Shown one piece after another: positions 13,523 to 26,469 of a stretch of 64,000 nucleotides of DNA (the first letter of the stretch is position 1; each line of letters opens with the position of its first letter). A program made the translations under genes and the position numbers. Source of the stretch: Phoronis australis (taxonomy: Eukaryota; Animalia; Phoronida); NCBI GenBank assembly GCA_002633005.1, contig NMRA01000007.1, positions 696,362 to 760,361 on the forward strand, written 5' to 3'. The notes beneath the pieces are model-generated. The model was given only the letters and a program-made list of their open reading frames with translations. It searched no databases and was not told the DNA's origin.

Positions 13523-13654
13523 GTGACTTCATATTATCCAAGTGTAACACATACATACCTGAGTGCAACTACCTGGGTGCACACAACATTTACGACACAA
13601 CCATATAACAGAATGCTGTCTTCGTTGTTCACAACAGCAGGACAATATGATCAC

Positions 13655-13732
13655 CTGCACCAAACTGCTCATCAACATTTTGGGATAATCTGAACTCTCG
13701 AAGCCTTGGGATTTCCTTTAAACAGCAAACAC
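13655..13732 (-). CDS. exon completing the Cys repeat (GVCCLKEIPRLREFRLSQNVDEQFGA)
   Basis: ttcag acceptor; open to the CAG|GTGATC donor (78 nt, phase 1-1); the stronger donor at 13559 would include stops. Confidence 0.55.
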
Positions 13733-14151
13733 CTGAAGCAAAATAGAACAGTAGAATTTACAATTTCAGTAACCAAGGCAAATAACTGAATATCAAGTTA
13801 AATTGCACCCATACCTCTAACAATTGATGCCCTAGACACAATTACTTACACACATACTTATTTGTCCCCACATTGACACCAAACATACATATCCACAAAA
13901 AGACACTCAGTATACATGTCCATGCAGTATCAACCATTGTACATATCCACATAATGACAACCAATTACCTATTTACACAATGACACCTAGTATAAATATC
14001 CACACACTGACACCTAGCATACATTTCACACACTGACAACCAGACTTACTTTTCCACAAAACAATTTACAGCATCAATCTCCAGTCGAACCACAAAATCA
14101 TCAAAAGTATTAGAACCAGAACGACAAGGTGAAGAAACAGTTTAAGCTTAC

Positions 14152-14259
14152 CTGAATAGAAAGTGCGCTGGCAGTATTCTTGATTGCCACATTGTCCACT
14201 GCCAACAGTGCAAGATTTGCCAGGATCCCCATATGGGCATTGAAGGGGTGATCCAATAT
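14152..14259 (-). CDS. Lustrin-type/WR1 Cys-rich repeat exon (DIGSPLQCPYGDPGKSCTVGSGQCGNQEYCQRTFYS)
   Basis: CPxGxP..C..C..C pattern completed by GVCC in the next exon; ttttag acceptor, CAG|GTAAG donor; 108 nt, phase 1-1. Confidence 0.78.
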
Positions 14260-15068
14260 CTAAAACAGCAGCTTTTTTATTTATTTACGTAGCCAACAGC
14301 AGTTGCATCCAGATTGGTCTGCCCTTAAGTTATTCAGGTCAAAATATATTAAAATTACCATATTTAATTTTCAAAAACAAAAAGAACCGAACAACATTAA
14401 TATTAGAATGTGGGAGAGCCTCATTGCTGCCATGCAATGAATCCGTAATATCTGTAATGTATTTAATTCATATATTGTTTAGTGGTATTATTATTAAATG
14501 ATGAAGTGTGTGAATGAGTGTGCGAGTGTGTGAGTGAAAGTCCTTACCCCTTTTCCTTGTTCACCCTTTCACCCTTTGAAAAATTATATCATAAGACAAG
14601 TCTATATATTGTTGAAGAATAAAATTATTAAAAAACACAAAATTAGTGAAAAGACACACAAGCACATAGTCAGTAGTTTTAAGGACAAGGGTAGTAAGTA
14701 TTCTACACTCTGGTATTCACAACACCAAAACCAATCGCAGTTTTCAGCAGTTTGTTACAAGTCTAGAGTAGTTCCTTGTAGGCTACTAGTACAGGGACAG
14801 TTGATTCCAATCTATCATAACATGGTTTGTTTAAAAATGACGTCAAGTAACTTAGCAACAAAATCTGAGTGTCCCAACAAGAGCACAGTGTGATTAACTC
14901 ATTCCAACAAAATTTAAGTTTAATTACCATGCTCTCTTCCACAGGAACACAATCCACATGCACTGCACTTTAATGTTAGTTCAACCTAAATGAACAGCCC
15001 TGTTGCAAATCTTGTTACTATCTTACAGACTGGACATCTTGTCTTCGTATTATACAGTTAATAGGACT

Positions 15069-17248
15069 CAGGGTTTGACACAACAACCGCTGCATGGAGA
15101 ATTGCGACCTGCAATTTGCAGTGCCAACCCCGAAAATGGTACCAGACAATCAAAACTCCAATCGAAATTGAAATCAGTTGACTTGGCTTTTGAACAATTT
15201 TTCACCTGGGAAATGCAACTAGCTTGATTACTATATGATTATCGAATGACACAAACCTTCGAAATTTTATTGCGCTAAATAAGTATGATTACCCCCAACA
15301 AATTAGTAAAAGTGGTTCTTGTCTGCGCCCAACTCATTTCGAGACCTGAAACTACGCAAACATATCTAAACTAGTTTTTTGAACAATTTGGCAACTCAGC
15401 GACAGTCACCTCTAACAAGACTTTAATTTGAAATGTTTTGACAAATTATAGCAAATTTCTAATGGATGATTATGCATTTATTTATTTGAATAAACAGAAA
15501 GCAATTAAGTTAAATTTTAATTGTAATCTTTCTGTGTTGTATGCAGTTCATGAAAAAAGTTCATGGAAAACACCATGACGGAAAATTTCTGAATCCAAGG
15601 TGACCAGGACTCGACATAATGAGCTGTAGTTCGCATTTGCGACCTGAAATTTGGAAATGCGAGCTGAGATTTTTGTCAGCTCGTATTAATGCGCAAAATG
15701 CGACCTGGGATTTCCAATGAATGCGAGCTGAGTTTTTACACTTCTTGGCAGATACCAGGCAAATATAAAGCAACTCTTGTTAATCCGACTGTTATTTGGC
15801 TCTTGCTAAATCAAAGTTCAAAAGAACACTAACCAAGAACAGCTATCCTGATGACTTGTAGCCAGTTATTGTAACTAAATGGGTAACAGATGCGAAATTT
15901 TGGTCAGCGAACTTTTTATTCTTCTCTTCATACACTCCCCCCCTCGGCAACTTTTCGCTCCCCAGACCACCGTCGCCGTAAAATGTTCAGACTCAATAGA
16001 AACAATCTTGTTCTGGCTGAAGCGCGCAATTAAAAACAAAATTATTCCGGGTGGCTAAAAAGGGTACAGTGGAGGAGGTAACGATATCCAGAAAGTCACC
16101 CCTACTAGATGGAGTTTTCCTCGCAAAATCATATTATTATAACGTTTCTTACCGTTGCAGTCTTTCAATATTTTATTTCCGCAAACATTCAGGTTAACGA
16201 CTATGCTCACGCACAAGCCTACACCCTACCTTTGAAGTGTTTCATAATAAGCGCTCACTGATCTACTAAGTGTTCCGCCTCAACTTTTGAGAATTTCCAA
16301 TTAAGCGTCCACAGTTCATAGCGCACTACAAAATTGACACGCAGTCTATATGGTGTGTCACTCTCATTTTAAAACAAATTCAGTTTTCAAAAAACGTCAT
16401 TTCTCAATATGTAAAAACTAAATCCCAGCTTTAATTTATATCTCCAAAAGAATGTTAACACTAGCGACATCAGTGTCGTTTTGTGACTGACCTATTTTTC
16501 CCGTACGTGGAAAGTATTGAGGAGTAAACTCGCCATTACCCTCGGGAAACCCACACGGAGGGAGTCGGAAATTATTTCGAGGCTATTCATTTCATGTAAA
16601 ACTAATAGCTGAGTGCGTAAACAGCTTAAGTACCACATTTTTGTTATGAAATTTGCACTGAATTGTTCCCGCGCATCCAAACAGGTCATTTGGTTAGGGC
16701 ATCGTTTCACGGATTACTTTTCGACAGATGTTTTTCAAACGTCGAGTTAAGTTGCAAAATTTGGGCTGCGAACAAAAAGTGCAGGAAATTTGCACTCCGA
16801 GTTAGTTTGAATCTTTAACGACTTTGATAGCGGCCAATAGCAGGTCAGCAAAATCGCGAACACAACAAGCATTTTCTCCCTTTTCCCATCGCAAACTTAG
16901 CTACTTGAATGCATGCGTCAGTTAGAGAGCACTGATTCAACTTTCACGTCGGCAACTTGCCTTGCGCTCTAGAGCCTTTCAATGGCGGTCAGGTGAAGAA
17001 CAGTAATTCCACACCTGCATGAACGAAGTCAATTTTGCGATCTGAAATTTGTGAGTATTTAACGATGCAGGTAAGAGTATAATCTAAACATTTTCTTGAT
17101 GATCTAAAGAATCAATTTTGGCGCGTAAAAAAAGCGGGAAATTTTGTGACCTGGCATTAAAGAATGCGGTTGGATTTTGAAATTGCGATTTGGGATTTTG
17201 GCTGGGTCACAAAATGCGACCTGGCAATTTTAATAGCGTCGAGCCCTG
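15069..17248. mobile_element. possible hAT-like non-autonomous element
   Basis: CAGGGTTTGAC ... GTCGAGCCCTG imperfect TIRs, an internal CAGGACTCGAC, and repeated TGCGACCTG subterminal motifs. Confidence 0.4.
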
Positions 17249-18211
17249 GCGACTATTCTGTTAATTGAATGGGACGAAATGTGTTGTCAATTTTGAGTTC
17301 AAATTTGCAAAGTCAAGCAAAAAGTCGTGACTAACATGATTGGGGAGCGCAGTTATATTAAAGCTGATCTTTGTTTTCCACTAGAAATTTTAATGAGGAT
17401 TAAACTGTAATCACGTGACCATAACCTAAAATACTTGGACTTTTTTGGGTGACCCAGCAGACCATAGAAAATACAGTGTCATGTGACTCCACCATGCTGT
17501 CAATCAAACTGAAAACCAGGAGTAAACAAAGTTTGATTACACCTTCTTGCCAGCAAAAGAACCTTATAGGATATGCTACGGAGCACCAGTCCTTATAAAA
17601 AGCCATGATTGTCAACAACAGGAGCAAAGTTAGCAACGTCTTAATGGACTGAGACCCCTGAGCATGTTTTGCTTTGATCATTATGACGTACCAAGGTGAA
17701 ATTCACATAGAAATTGAATAGGAATGTGACAAAAACGGGTTATGGTTACCTACGAACATAGAAAAAGGTCTAAATTTGACTAACTCTGAAAACCAGCTCT
17801 TAGAAACGACTAATCAAATCAATGTGAAAGTTTTAGATAAAGCCACAAAACCACTTTGTGCATTGTTTTCAAATAAGTTGTAAGAAATTGTTTCTAAAAT
17901 GTTCCACTTTTTCATCAGGTTCTGTCAAAAATTTATAGGACTTTTAAAACTTGCATAATGAAATAATTTTAAAAATTGCTACAACTGTAACAACCTTTTC
18001 AAAATTTCATTTTGAACATTTGTAATAATATTAAGAAAAAAATCAAAAGTTGTGTAAAACAAAAACACAATGATCGTTTAGAAGATTGCAACATTTTTGT
18101 GATGTCATCCTCAACATTTACAACAAATAAAATTTAGCCATATTATTGATAAAAAGCAGACGCCGTATGCCAGACAAGGACGCCCAGGCAGAAATGACGA
18201 CAGCATGCAGT

Positions 18212-18429
18212 GCCCCGGCAATGTTGACAATTTAAGTTCCTCCGAAACATAAAGAGCAACTTCCGCTTTTCGAGGTGAACGTCGTCTGCAACGCCGCGGT
18301 AAGAAAGGAATTTGCCGCGGAATTTTTATATCAAATCTGATTTTTTTACGCGGAAATATAATAAAATGCGCGGAAACAACATTTGAAAAAAGCGGAAATC
18401 CACGTTTCCGCGGAAAATTCCAAGCCCTG
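18212..18429 (-). mobile_element. partial inverted copy of the 32421 MITE
   Basis: ~220 bp near-identical reverse complement of 32421-32640. Confidence 0.75.
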
Positions 18430-19790
18430 ATGCACCCACATATAAATATGTGACCACATAAAAACTAAATTTGCCAGTAGGGGGCACAGCAGTAGTCGGA
18501 TCGGTCTGATATTTGCCGTCACCTGCCATCAGCTTAAGGTCAGACTGGGATGGCTGTTTTATCAAATTCTGCAAATGTTGATGGATATATATAAACATCA
18601 GTAAGGATGTTGTTTGTGATAGGGTGATCACAAAAAAATAATTTGGTTGCAATGGCAACATCAAAAATTACGTAACATCAGTACGTCCACGAGAAACGCT
18701 GTAAGTCACAAACCTGTAGACATTTTCTAATGTGCTTTCTTTAAATTATAATAAAAGTAAGGATCTACAAAACTACAAGAGGAAATTCAAAATTTCCAGA
18801 CAGCAATTTTTATACGGTATCGAAAATTGGAAAAAATAATCTCAAAATGTCCAAAAATCATCAATAGCACAATTTTGGATTGCCGTGTCTGTCTTTAACA
18901 GGGACACATTTTCCAAGTCTCATTAAGATACTGCAAGGTCATTAAGAAAGACAGCAGCAGACAGAGATGATGGCAATATGCACACACATATATATTACTG
19001 TAGAACTAAAATTGAGACCACGGGGTTCAGTGGCACTCAGATCAATCTGAAACTCGTCACTGTTTGTTGTCAGCTTCATAGGAATGCATCTGCTAATCTT
19101 ATAAGATCCTGAACACACGTGATGACAGTATGCTCCCACATTATGTATGTCATGTTGGCGCAACAAAAGGGCAATTAATGACAGATTCGTATGAAGTCAA
19201 AAATCCAAATTTGCAGCCCTTGTACTTTCAAAAAATATATAATTTACAGAGTAAAAGTTTCATAGGTATTTGGCTAAAAGCACAAACTCGTTAATTAGAT
19301 GTTACATAATTGAATCAAAAGTGCTTGTTACTTTCTTGCCTATTATTCAAAGCAAATAAAAGTGAAATTTCAATGAAAAACATTAAAAATATTAGAAATA
19401 CTGCCCCATACTGGCAATTTTAGGAACCAGTTTACCATTCTGGAATTCCTGGCTTCATCATGAAATTTCAAATTTTGACCTGTAATTTTTTGGAGGTCAA
19501 AACTGTCAACTTGGGAATTTTGCTTGTGTCAAAAACTGGAGCTGCTTAAAAGTTGATAGAATACAGCTAATCGGAATACAATAAAATATCTCGTGAAATA
19601 AATCTCAACAAGTTAGCAGCCACAGGTCTTCTCATCAGGAACACCATTGAATCTGCCATCAGCTTCATGGGAACACTTCCGCCAAATCTCATTAAGATCC
19701 CGTAACAGGTTAAGAACATGCAGTAGGGGACACAGGACATCCAGACAGAGATGACGGCAATATGCACCCATATATAGGTGCATAAAATGG
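18430..19790 (-). mobile_element. cluster of HINE-like terminal fragments (around 18430-18620, 18900-19165, 19600-19786)
   Basis: Repeated GACAGAGATGA.GGCAATATGCACCCACAT..ATATG ends shared with 30890-30942. Confidence 0.5.
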
Positions 19791-19963
19791 TCATTGCTAG
19801 TGAAGTAGTAGTCAGTGAGAATCATCATCCAAAGGTGATGTCCACTTTTAAATGTATTGTAAAGAAAATGCTAGGTGTTTAGTCGATATTGCTGACACTG
19901 CTCTATACTGGCATGTAAACCAAGGCGAATACAAATTGTTACAAGTTGCCTAAAGATACTAAC

Positions 19964-20119
19964 CATGTGGGTATGTGCAGTGCATACCGCAACCGTTGGA
20001 ACAGCACTTGAGGACACTGCCACACTCATAATCATGAACGCACTTGACATCACAAAAGGCTTCCCCCAGCAGGCCCAGGTATTTCATGCTGGCCACAGGG
20101 CACATACCTGGTTTCTCAC
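19964..20119 (-). CDS. WAP (four-disulfide core) domain exon of a mosaic Cys-rich protease-inhibitor-like gene
   Basis: EKPGMCP...CDVKCVHDYECGSVLKCCSNGCGMHCTYP with all 8 Cys; ttttag acceptor, G|GTTAGT donor; 156 nt, phase 1-1. Confidence 0.88.
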
Positions 20120-20344
20120 CTAAAAGTATCACACAAGCCATTCAAACAAGAAAACCACCCTTCTAGTTGCCAAGTCTTGTTATGTTCCAGACAACTTTCA
20201 GCAGTTGTATTCAGTTACCAGAAGGTACTGCAGTATAAACACTGTGGCACAGCTGAAGAAAATGTTAGGTATATCTTCCAATGAAAAAACCATAATGTTT
20301 CAAAAGCTCTGTCCTAGTACATTTATTAAGCAAATTTATTCAGC

Positions 20345-20715
20345 ACAGATGTGCTAACCCTTATAACGCAACAAAGCAACGGTATTCAGAACAGAAATGC
20401 TAACCCTTTTAACGCAGCAAAGCATCCATATTCAGAACAGAAATGCTAAACATTATAACGGTAGCAAAGCAACGGTATTCAGAACAGAAATGCTAACCCT
20501 TATAACGCAGCAAAGCAACGGTATTCAGAACAGAAATGCTAACCCTTATAACGCAGTAATGGTCTGATATAACGTGCCCGAATTTTGAGAACCAGATTTC
20601 TCCACTGAATAAGGGGCATCAAACTGGTTCTCAAAATTATATCAGACTATTGCCTTACAACGCAGCAAAGCAACAGTATTCAGAACAGAAATGCTAACCC
20701 TTATAATGCAACAAT
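20345..20715. repeat. 46-bp minisatellite (TTCAGAACAGAAATGCTAACCCTTATAACGCAGCAAAGCAACGGTA) interrupted by a ~97-bp hairpin
   Basis: About 6 copies read directly; the insert spans 20556-20652. Confidence 0.9.
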
Positions 20716-23700
20716 AAAGGCATGCCATCTGGCAAGAAATAACAAATCGGTTTCAACTTGTTCCATATAAGATTGGAAATGGTTTCTAAGACTGCCAACT
20801 CAGTAAGCATCCGTGTTTGCAAGTGAAAACTTGTACGATTTCCAGTGTCTTCAAAAAGTATAATTATTTCAATGACAGACATAAACGAAAAGTCTTCATT
20901 TAAAAAAAGTTTTATGAAAATTGGATGGGGGTTATTTTGCTATGAATGTACTTTTCTTGCACATGAAAATTCGACTTGAAAAACCTGGTCACGTGACAAT
21001 AATAAAGACACAATAGTAAGAAGAATATTTTTAGAATCCTCAATCTTCCCCCTTTCAGAAAATATATACTTGAATGGTTGACAAAATATAGTTTTTTCCA
21101 TATTTGACTTAGAGTTAAGGTCATTTATTAAGGTGCTAGATAACCTTAAAAATCTACTGTAAAAACATTAACAACAGTACTTTGGTTTTTTCTTTAAAAT
21201 AACAAGAGCTACTAGGACGATAATTGACTATCAGTAAGTCTGTTGAATACATGAACTGTAGATGACCACTTGAAATATAAAAAATCTTCACGATTTCCTG
21301 GAAGTCAATTTGCATGCTATGGACCTTTGCGATGTAAACACCTCCAAACAGAAGGAAGGTATTACATGATGTTCTATTTGCGATTCATGCAAGTGACTAT
21401 TGTAATCCCAACTCGTAACAAGCATTTCATACTTGTTGGCTAAGAAATGAGATGGAGCGCCTAATGCAGCCTGGTAATAAAAACATTTCTCTGATTATTT
21501 AGTTATGTATGCTGTAACTGATAAAGTCATGACACATACCTGAGATGTTGTCGAAAAAACAGGTGATGATAAAAACACAGAGAACCGTGAACGTCATGAC
21601 AAACAACTTCCTGTCGCTGAGACAGAACACACCTGAAATAAACAACGAAACAACAGTATAAGAAACCAGTAAGGCATTGTAAACGGAACAACCGGGTACA
21701 CTACATACAACATCGATACAAAGGACGACAACTTCGAACACTGCCACTAGAGGGAGCAATACTAGTGAACTTATAATAACCTCTTGGGAGCCCAAAACCA
21801 GTCAGCTAGGGTCTCCTCAATAAAATCACTCTTAATCAAGTATGGACAGCTAAATCAGCCCTCAGCACATGAGGGATTGGAACCTAATGTGTTTGATGTT
21901 GTGACATACTGCTTTCCTGGGGGTGTTGGAGTAAAAATGCCTAAATTTCTGTTGGAATGAGTACAAAAGATGCATGTGAAGAGTTTTAATATGTTAACTT
22001 GTCTTATTTTAGCCATGCACTGACTGTAATAAGGTAAACTGACCATGTCATTTAAAGTTAAGTTCACCTAGAAAAAATTCCAATTTTGGCCAACTTCAGA
22101 ACATCGTCTCTCAGAAATAGCCAATTGGATTCACAGTCAGATGACATGCTTTATGCAATGTACGGTACTCCAAAATGCTGAATTGTTTACAAAATGTTCC
22201 ACTTTTGCATGAGGGGCTATTGAAAATAGGACTTATATGGTTTGATGTAAAAATTTTAAGTTACATAAAACGGAAATGAAACGATAATTTAGAAAACTAT
22301 AGCAACGTTTTTTCAGATTTTCTTTTGAACATGTAAATCATACGAAATTTGGTCACAGACCCGTTATTGATTCTGCTGTTTTGCTATGAATTTACCTTAA
22401 AAAAGCATGTCGTGAGACCTAACTAAAGATAAACTGGTATAAAACCAAAAATCAAATTCTACAGAATTTCGACTTTCAGAAAATATAACTTTTGCTGCCT
22501 TGAATGCTTTAGTTTTGCAGATATTTGGCTAAATGTACAGTCGTGTTGATAAATATATTACATGCCTACATAACCGTATTGAAGTAAACTAAGAAAAGGG
22601 TTATTTCAAACCCTAACAATGACTTAAGTAAGTAACATGCTCAATTTTTTTGACATAACTGTTAAAGACAAAATTTCAAAAAAGATGTATAGTTTTCTAA
22701 ATATCGTTTCATATGCTTTTAAGCCTATTTAGATTTTTCTTCATAAAAAGTCTGGAAATCCCATTTTCTCTAGCCCCTCATGAAGAAGTAACACAATTAA
22801 AAAACATTTCCCAGCAGAATCTCAGAGAACAGTGAGAAAAAAATAGTATGTCATTCCATGAATAATATGCTTACACGAAGTTACGCATTTCTAAAAATAT
22901 GCATGAGTTGTCACCGTTCGTCTTTCTGAGCGGCTTAATTACCGGATCAAAGGCAGCGAGCCGTCAGAGTCAGACTCAGTTGCATTGACCGCATTGTCCA
23001 GTGCCAGCAAGACCCAATTAAGTGTAATTACCCAATCATGTGTCGAATTTTCAAAATGCATTAACCAACTGTTTCATTAAAAACAAATACCACAGCTGTA
23101 TTTAGATCGAAAAATCAGCCATCTTTGGTGTTCGATTTTTAAAAATCGATGAACTACTAAGCTAAAAGCTAAAAATATTGGGTATGATTGAAGATAAAAG
23201 ACGGTGCGTATTGATATAAGCGGTGATTTACAAATGCTGATCAGAGATAACAATATCACGTGGATTATTCTTTTAATATACAACTAAGCTACATTAAAAC
23301 ATCTATAAACAACACACAGTGACTAAATTAGATGTCAATAACTTTTAAAACATCACTTAAGGCCCAGCGCATGCCGAACTACTTTACTCCAGGAGCAGTA
23401 CACTAACCAGAAAACTGCTATTCGCGGAAATGCACCAATTTCGATAGTTACCTTGTAGCTATAATGGATCACCTGTGAAGACAACTAAGATGGCTAGCTT
23501 TTTAGTCAACCAGAGTGCAAGCAGTGAATGAGGTTGGCAAGAGCTGTAATTTTATTTTTTAGGACTGCGGAAAAGCTAGAATAGTTATGTAGTTACTGCA
23601 ACCAAAACTGTCCAGAGGTTCCAAATCTTCAGTTTGGCTATCACCATATTTGCACTTTTATATACATTTTATGATTTGAGTTCTAATAAAGATTGAACTT

Positions 23701-23851
23701 GAACTAATGGCAAATGTAGTTTTGTTTGCTGTGACAGGTTTGGTGTAGTTGAAATCTGGAAAATTCAGGGATGGGTTCACAAATAATCGACTTCTAAGTT
23801 GTTTTGATACTTTGTTTAAACACAAAATAAAAAGATAGCAACCCTAGCCGA

Positions 23852-24226
23852 TAAGAAAAAAACAAGTAGACCGGAGTATTAAAATTAAGTAATGAAAACA
23901 TGCAGGTATGAAAAATATTTAAAACCAACGTTCCTTTGGGAAATGGCCCTTTGTCAAGATCAATGCAAATTAACTTTTTAGTCTTTTTGTAATATTTAAA
24001 GTGTAACAAGTTAAAACTGCTCTCCGCATTGCAGGCTCTAACCCTGTGCAAATGCCAGAGAAAAACAATTTGGGTGTAATAATGACCACCATTGCTAAGA
24101 AAGTAGTGATAGCTATTTCCATTCCACTTCATTAGGTCAGATCTACATCAACACAAAGGGCGTGCTGAATAGGCATCATAACAGTTGTCTGGAGCTTAGA
24201 GAATCACAGTGGTGACCAGTGTAAGC
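23852..24226 (+). repeat. copy of 1836-2196
   Basis: Same shared stretches as 1836-2196. Confidence 0.85.
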
Positions 24227-24392
24227 CAGAAATTCTCCCCATGGACTGTTTTATTTGGATCCAAAAATCGCCCATCAATTCTAAAATGTGACTGTTATTC
24301 AAAGGTAGCCAAATTTGGATGTTTTTCTAGGTGAGATGACCATCAAGACAATGGTACTACCAGAACTATGAAAGAATATCAGTTCTACTCAC

Positions 24393-24485
24393 CAATTAAG
24401 ACATAAGCTCACTTCCCAGTTTCCTTTCACCAAGACTAAGAAGAACAAAACATCTTACGCAACACCAGACAGTAGTTTATATAGT
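24393..24485 (-). promoter_or_regulatory. candidate TATA promoter and non-coding first exon of the WAP/TY gene
   Basis: TATATAAA on the minus strand at ~24476-24483, then a short segment ending in a G|GTGAGT donor at 24393. Confidence 0.3.
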
Positions 24486-25608
24486 GTGGAAGGATCCATA
24501 ACGTAAGCAGGGGTGCAAAGTTCATTGTGCAATGAAAAAAACAAGTCAATATAGCTGGAAATCAATACAGATTTCATTCAGTGTAACTTTATAAATGAGC
24601 TTTAACTAAACCAAAGCACAAATAAATTCTGCAATTACAGTAAAAATTCTCCACTTTTAAAACAGTGAAAAAACAATTTTCTCGCAGTCAAAGCTTGTGT
24701 ACCAAATTCTACAGTGGGTACATTCGCCATCACAAGCTAGTTCAATTACGATCAACGACAAACAAATCTTCAATCAACGACAAACAATCATTTACCTTCA
24801 TGTAACACACTATGGGGATGCATGAAAACTGTGGTTCTTTTGACAATTTTATGAGCTGACAGGTCTATTTTCAGACTATTCATACAAAATGTAATGTATG
24901 AAGTCCTGTATTTTATTGGAAATATGATGAATGCAAAAATTGCATAACGATATCAATCTTCAGAACAAAGAAAATTCAATTTCAGCCCCCTTTAAATGAG
25001 ATAATGGTTGGCCATGTCACATGGTTAGCCCCACCAGTTCAGTATTCACATTCTTGTCTCACTAGGGGGCTAGTCATCAATACAGTGACTATTTGCTTGG
25101 TCCCACAGTGAGGGTAATTATTATTTATCAGATCATATCTAAACAGAAGGCTTACAATCATCCACGGCAAGCTCTATTTTTGCATTTTATTTTTGGATGA
25201 AAACCAATGGAAGCCATACAACCTGAATAGAGGAGTAAAAATTTGGCTGTGGCCGGGTTCTTGAATTTTCAAAATTGGTCAAGTAACACTGATTTTGTCA
25301 ACAAAAACCCAAGCCTTAAGCTATTTATTGTAAAGTAGGTTCTAGTATGTCTTATTAGCTAATTATGCGCACCACTAACATACAACAGAAGATGGGTGTG
25401 ATAGAGCAGATAAAACTGGGTTGTGATAAAGAATCTTGTTTTGATAAAGAATCTTGTTCATAACTAAGATGTATAATATACAGCTTTGCGCCCCATGTGG
25501 GTAAAAAACTGGCCAAATAAAATCTGACACAAATCTTGTGTCATTGAAAACCACAATCTTCCTTGAGTAAACTGTCACATTTTTCCCCATGTGTGGGTGG
25601 GCGCAGGT

Positions 25609-26343
25609 TGTTACATACCGGTGCTAATAGCTTTCGGTGCAACGATAGACTGAAGACTGGTTCGAGTTAATCCTTTATTAATCCCGACCATACGTTCACA
25701 AGCCTACTCAAACAAAACGCCCGACGTAATGTCTGTTTATGCTCCAGCCAATGCTGCGAAGCCTTGACTTGTGATGAACTTCTGAGACATGTTCAGCTGC
25801 AACTACTTGTCGATTCAATAACCTGCTGTCTCTATAGCTGGCTCTCTATTGACTATCGCTGTAACTGCTGATTCTCTTCACTGCAACTCAACTGTAGTTC
25901 TCCTGATTAACTTTCTTGAACTGACTTGATCTCTCTTGAACTGACTTGATCTCTTCTTGAACTGACTAGATCTGACTAACACAAACCCGTGCTTAATGTG
26001 TATTTCTAGCCTAATGCATAGTTCTGGAACTTTACATCAATTCAAGCACATTCTGGAACTTTCCTGAATCTACCCAATCATTCTACAAACATATACTAGT
26101 CTCTAGAATATTCCAGACTGCATTAATCACTGTCATGCTAGAGTCTTCTAGAAAGTTCCCACTATACTGCAGTAAACAAATTACACCATCATTACTGAAC
26201 TCAGTCTACTAGAAGGTTCCATTCTATATTCTGTAGTAAACAAATTACATCTTCACTGTACTTAACTCAGGGGTCATGCCAATCAAACAGAACAACAAAA
26301 CAAAACAATACAACTTAAAATACTGTCAGACTATATTCTGACA
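25609..26343 (-). mobile_element. LTR remnant (Gypsy-like) followed by a PBS-like sequence
   Basis: TGTCAGAATATAGTCTGACA...TGTAACA (TG...CA termini); AATAAA at 25674-25679; followed by ACCTGCGCCCA, resembling a tRNA-Lys PBS; no TSD seen. Confidence 0.55.
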
Positions 26344-26469
26344 TAAACTAAATTATTTACCGTGTTGGAAAAATTGGGTTTAACCATTATTTTGCAGCTT
26401 AAGTTGAGGAGCGATCTTTTGCGTCGGCTTTCGGCGCCATGAAATATTGCATCACCCATGGGCCAGTTT

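Noticed and set aside
12901-13568. Long S/P/L/F-rich ORFs (up to 194 aa)
   Set aside because: Artefacts of the polypurine low-complexity tract
23452-23543. Signal-peptide exon for the WAP gene (KKLAILVVFTG...)
   Set aside because: No ATG, and an in-frame TAG before the stronger donor; cannot be supported
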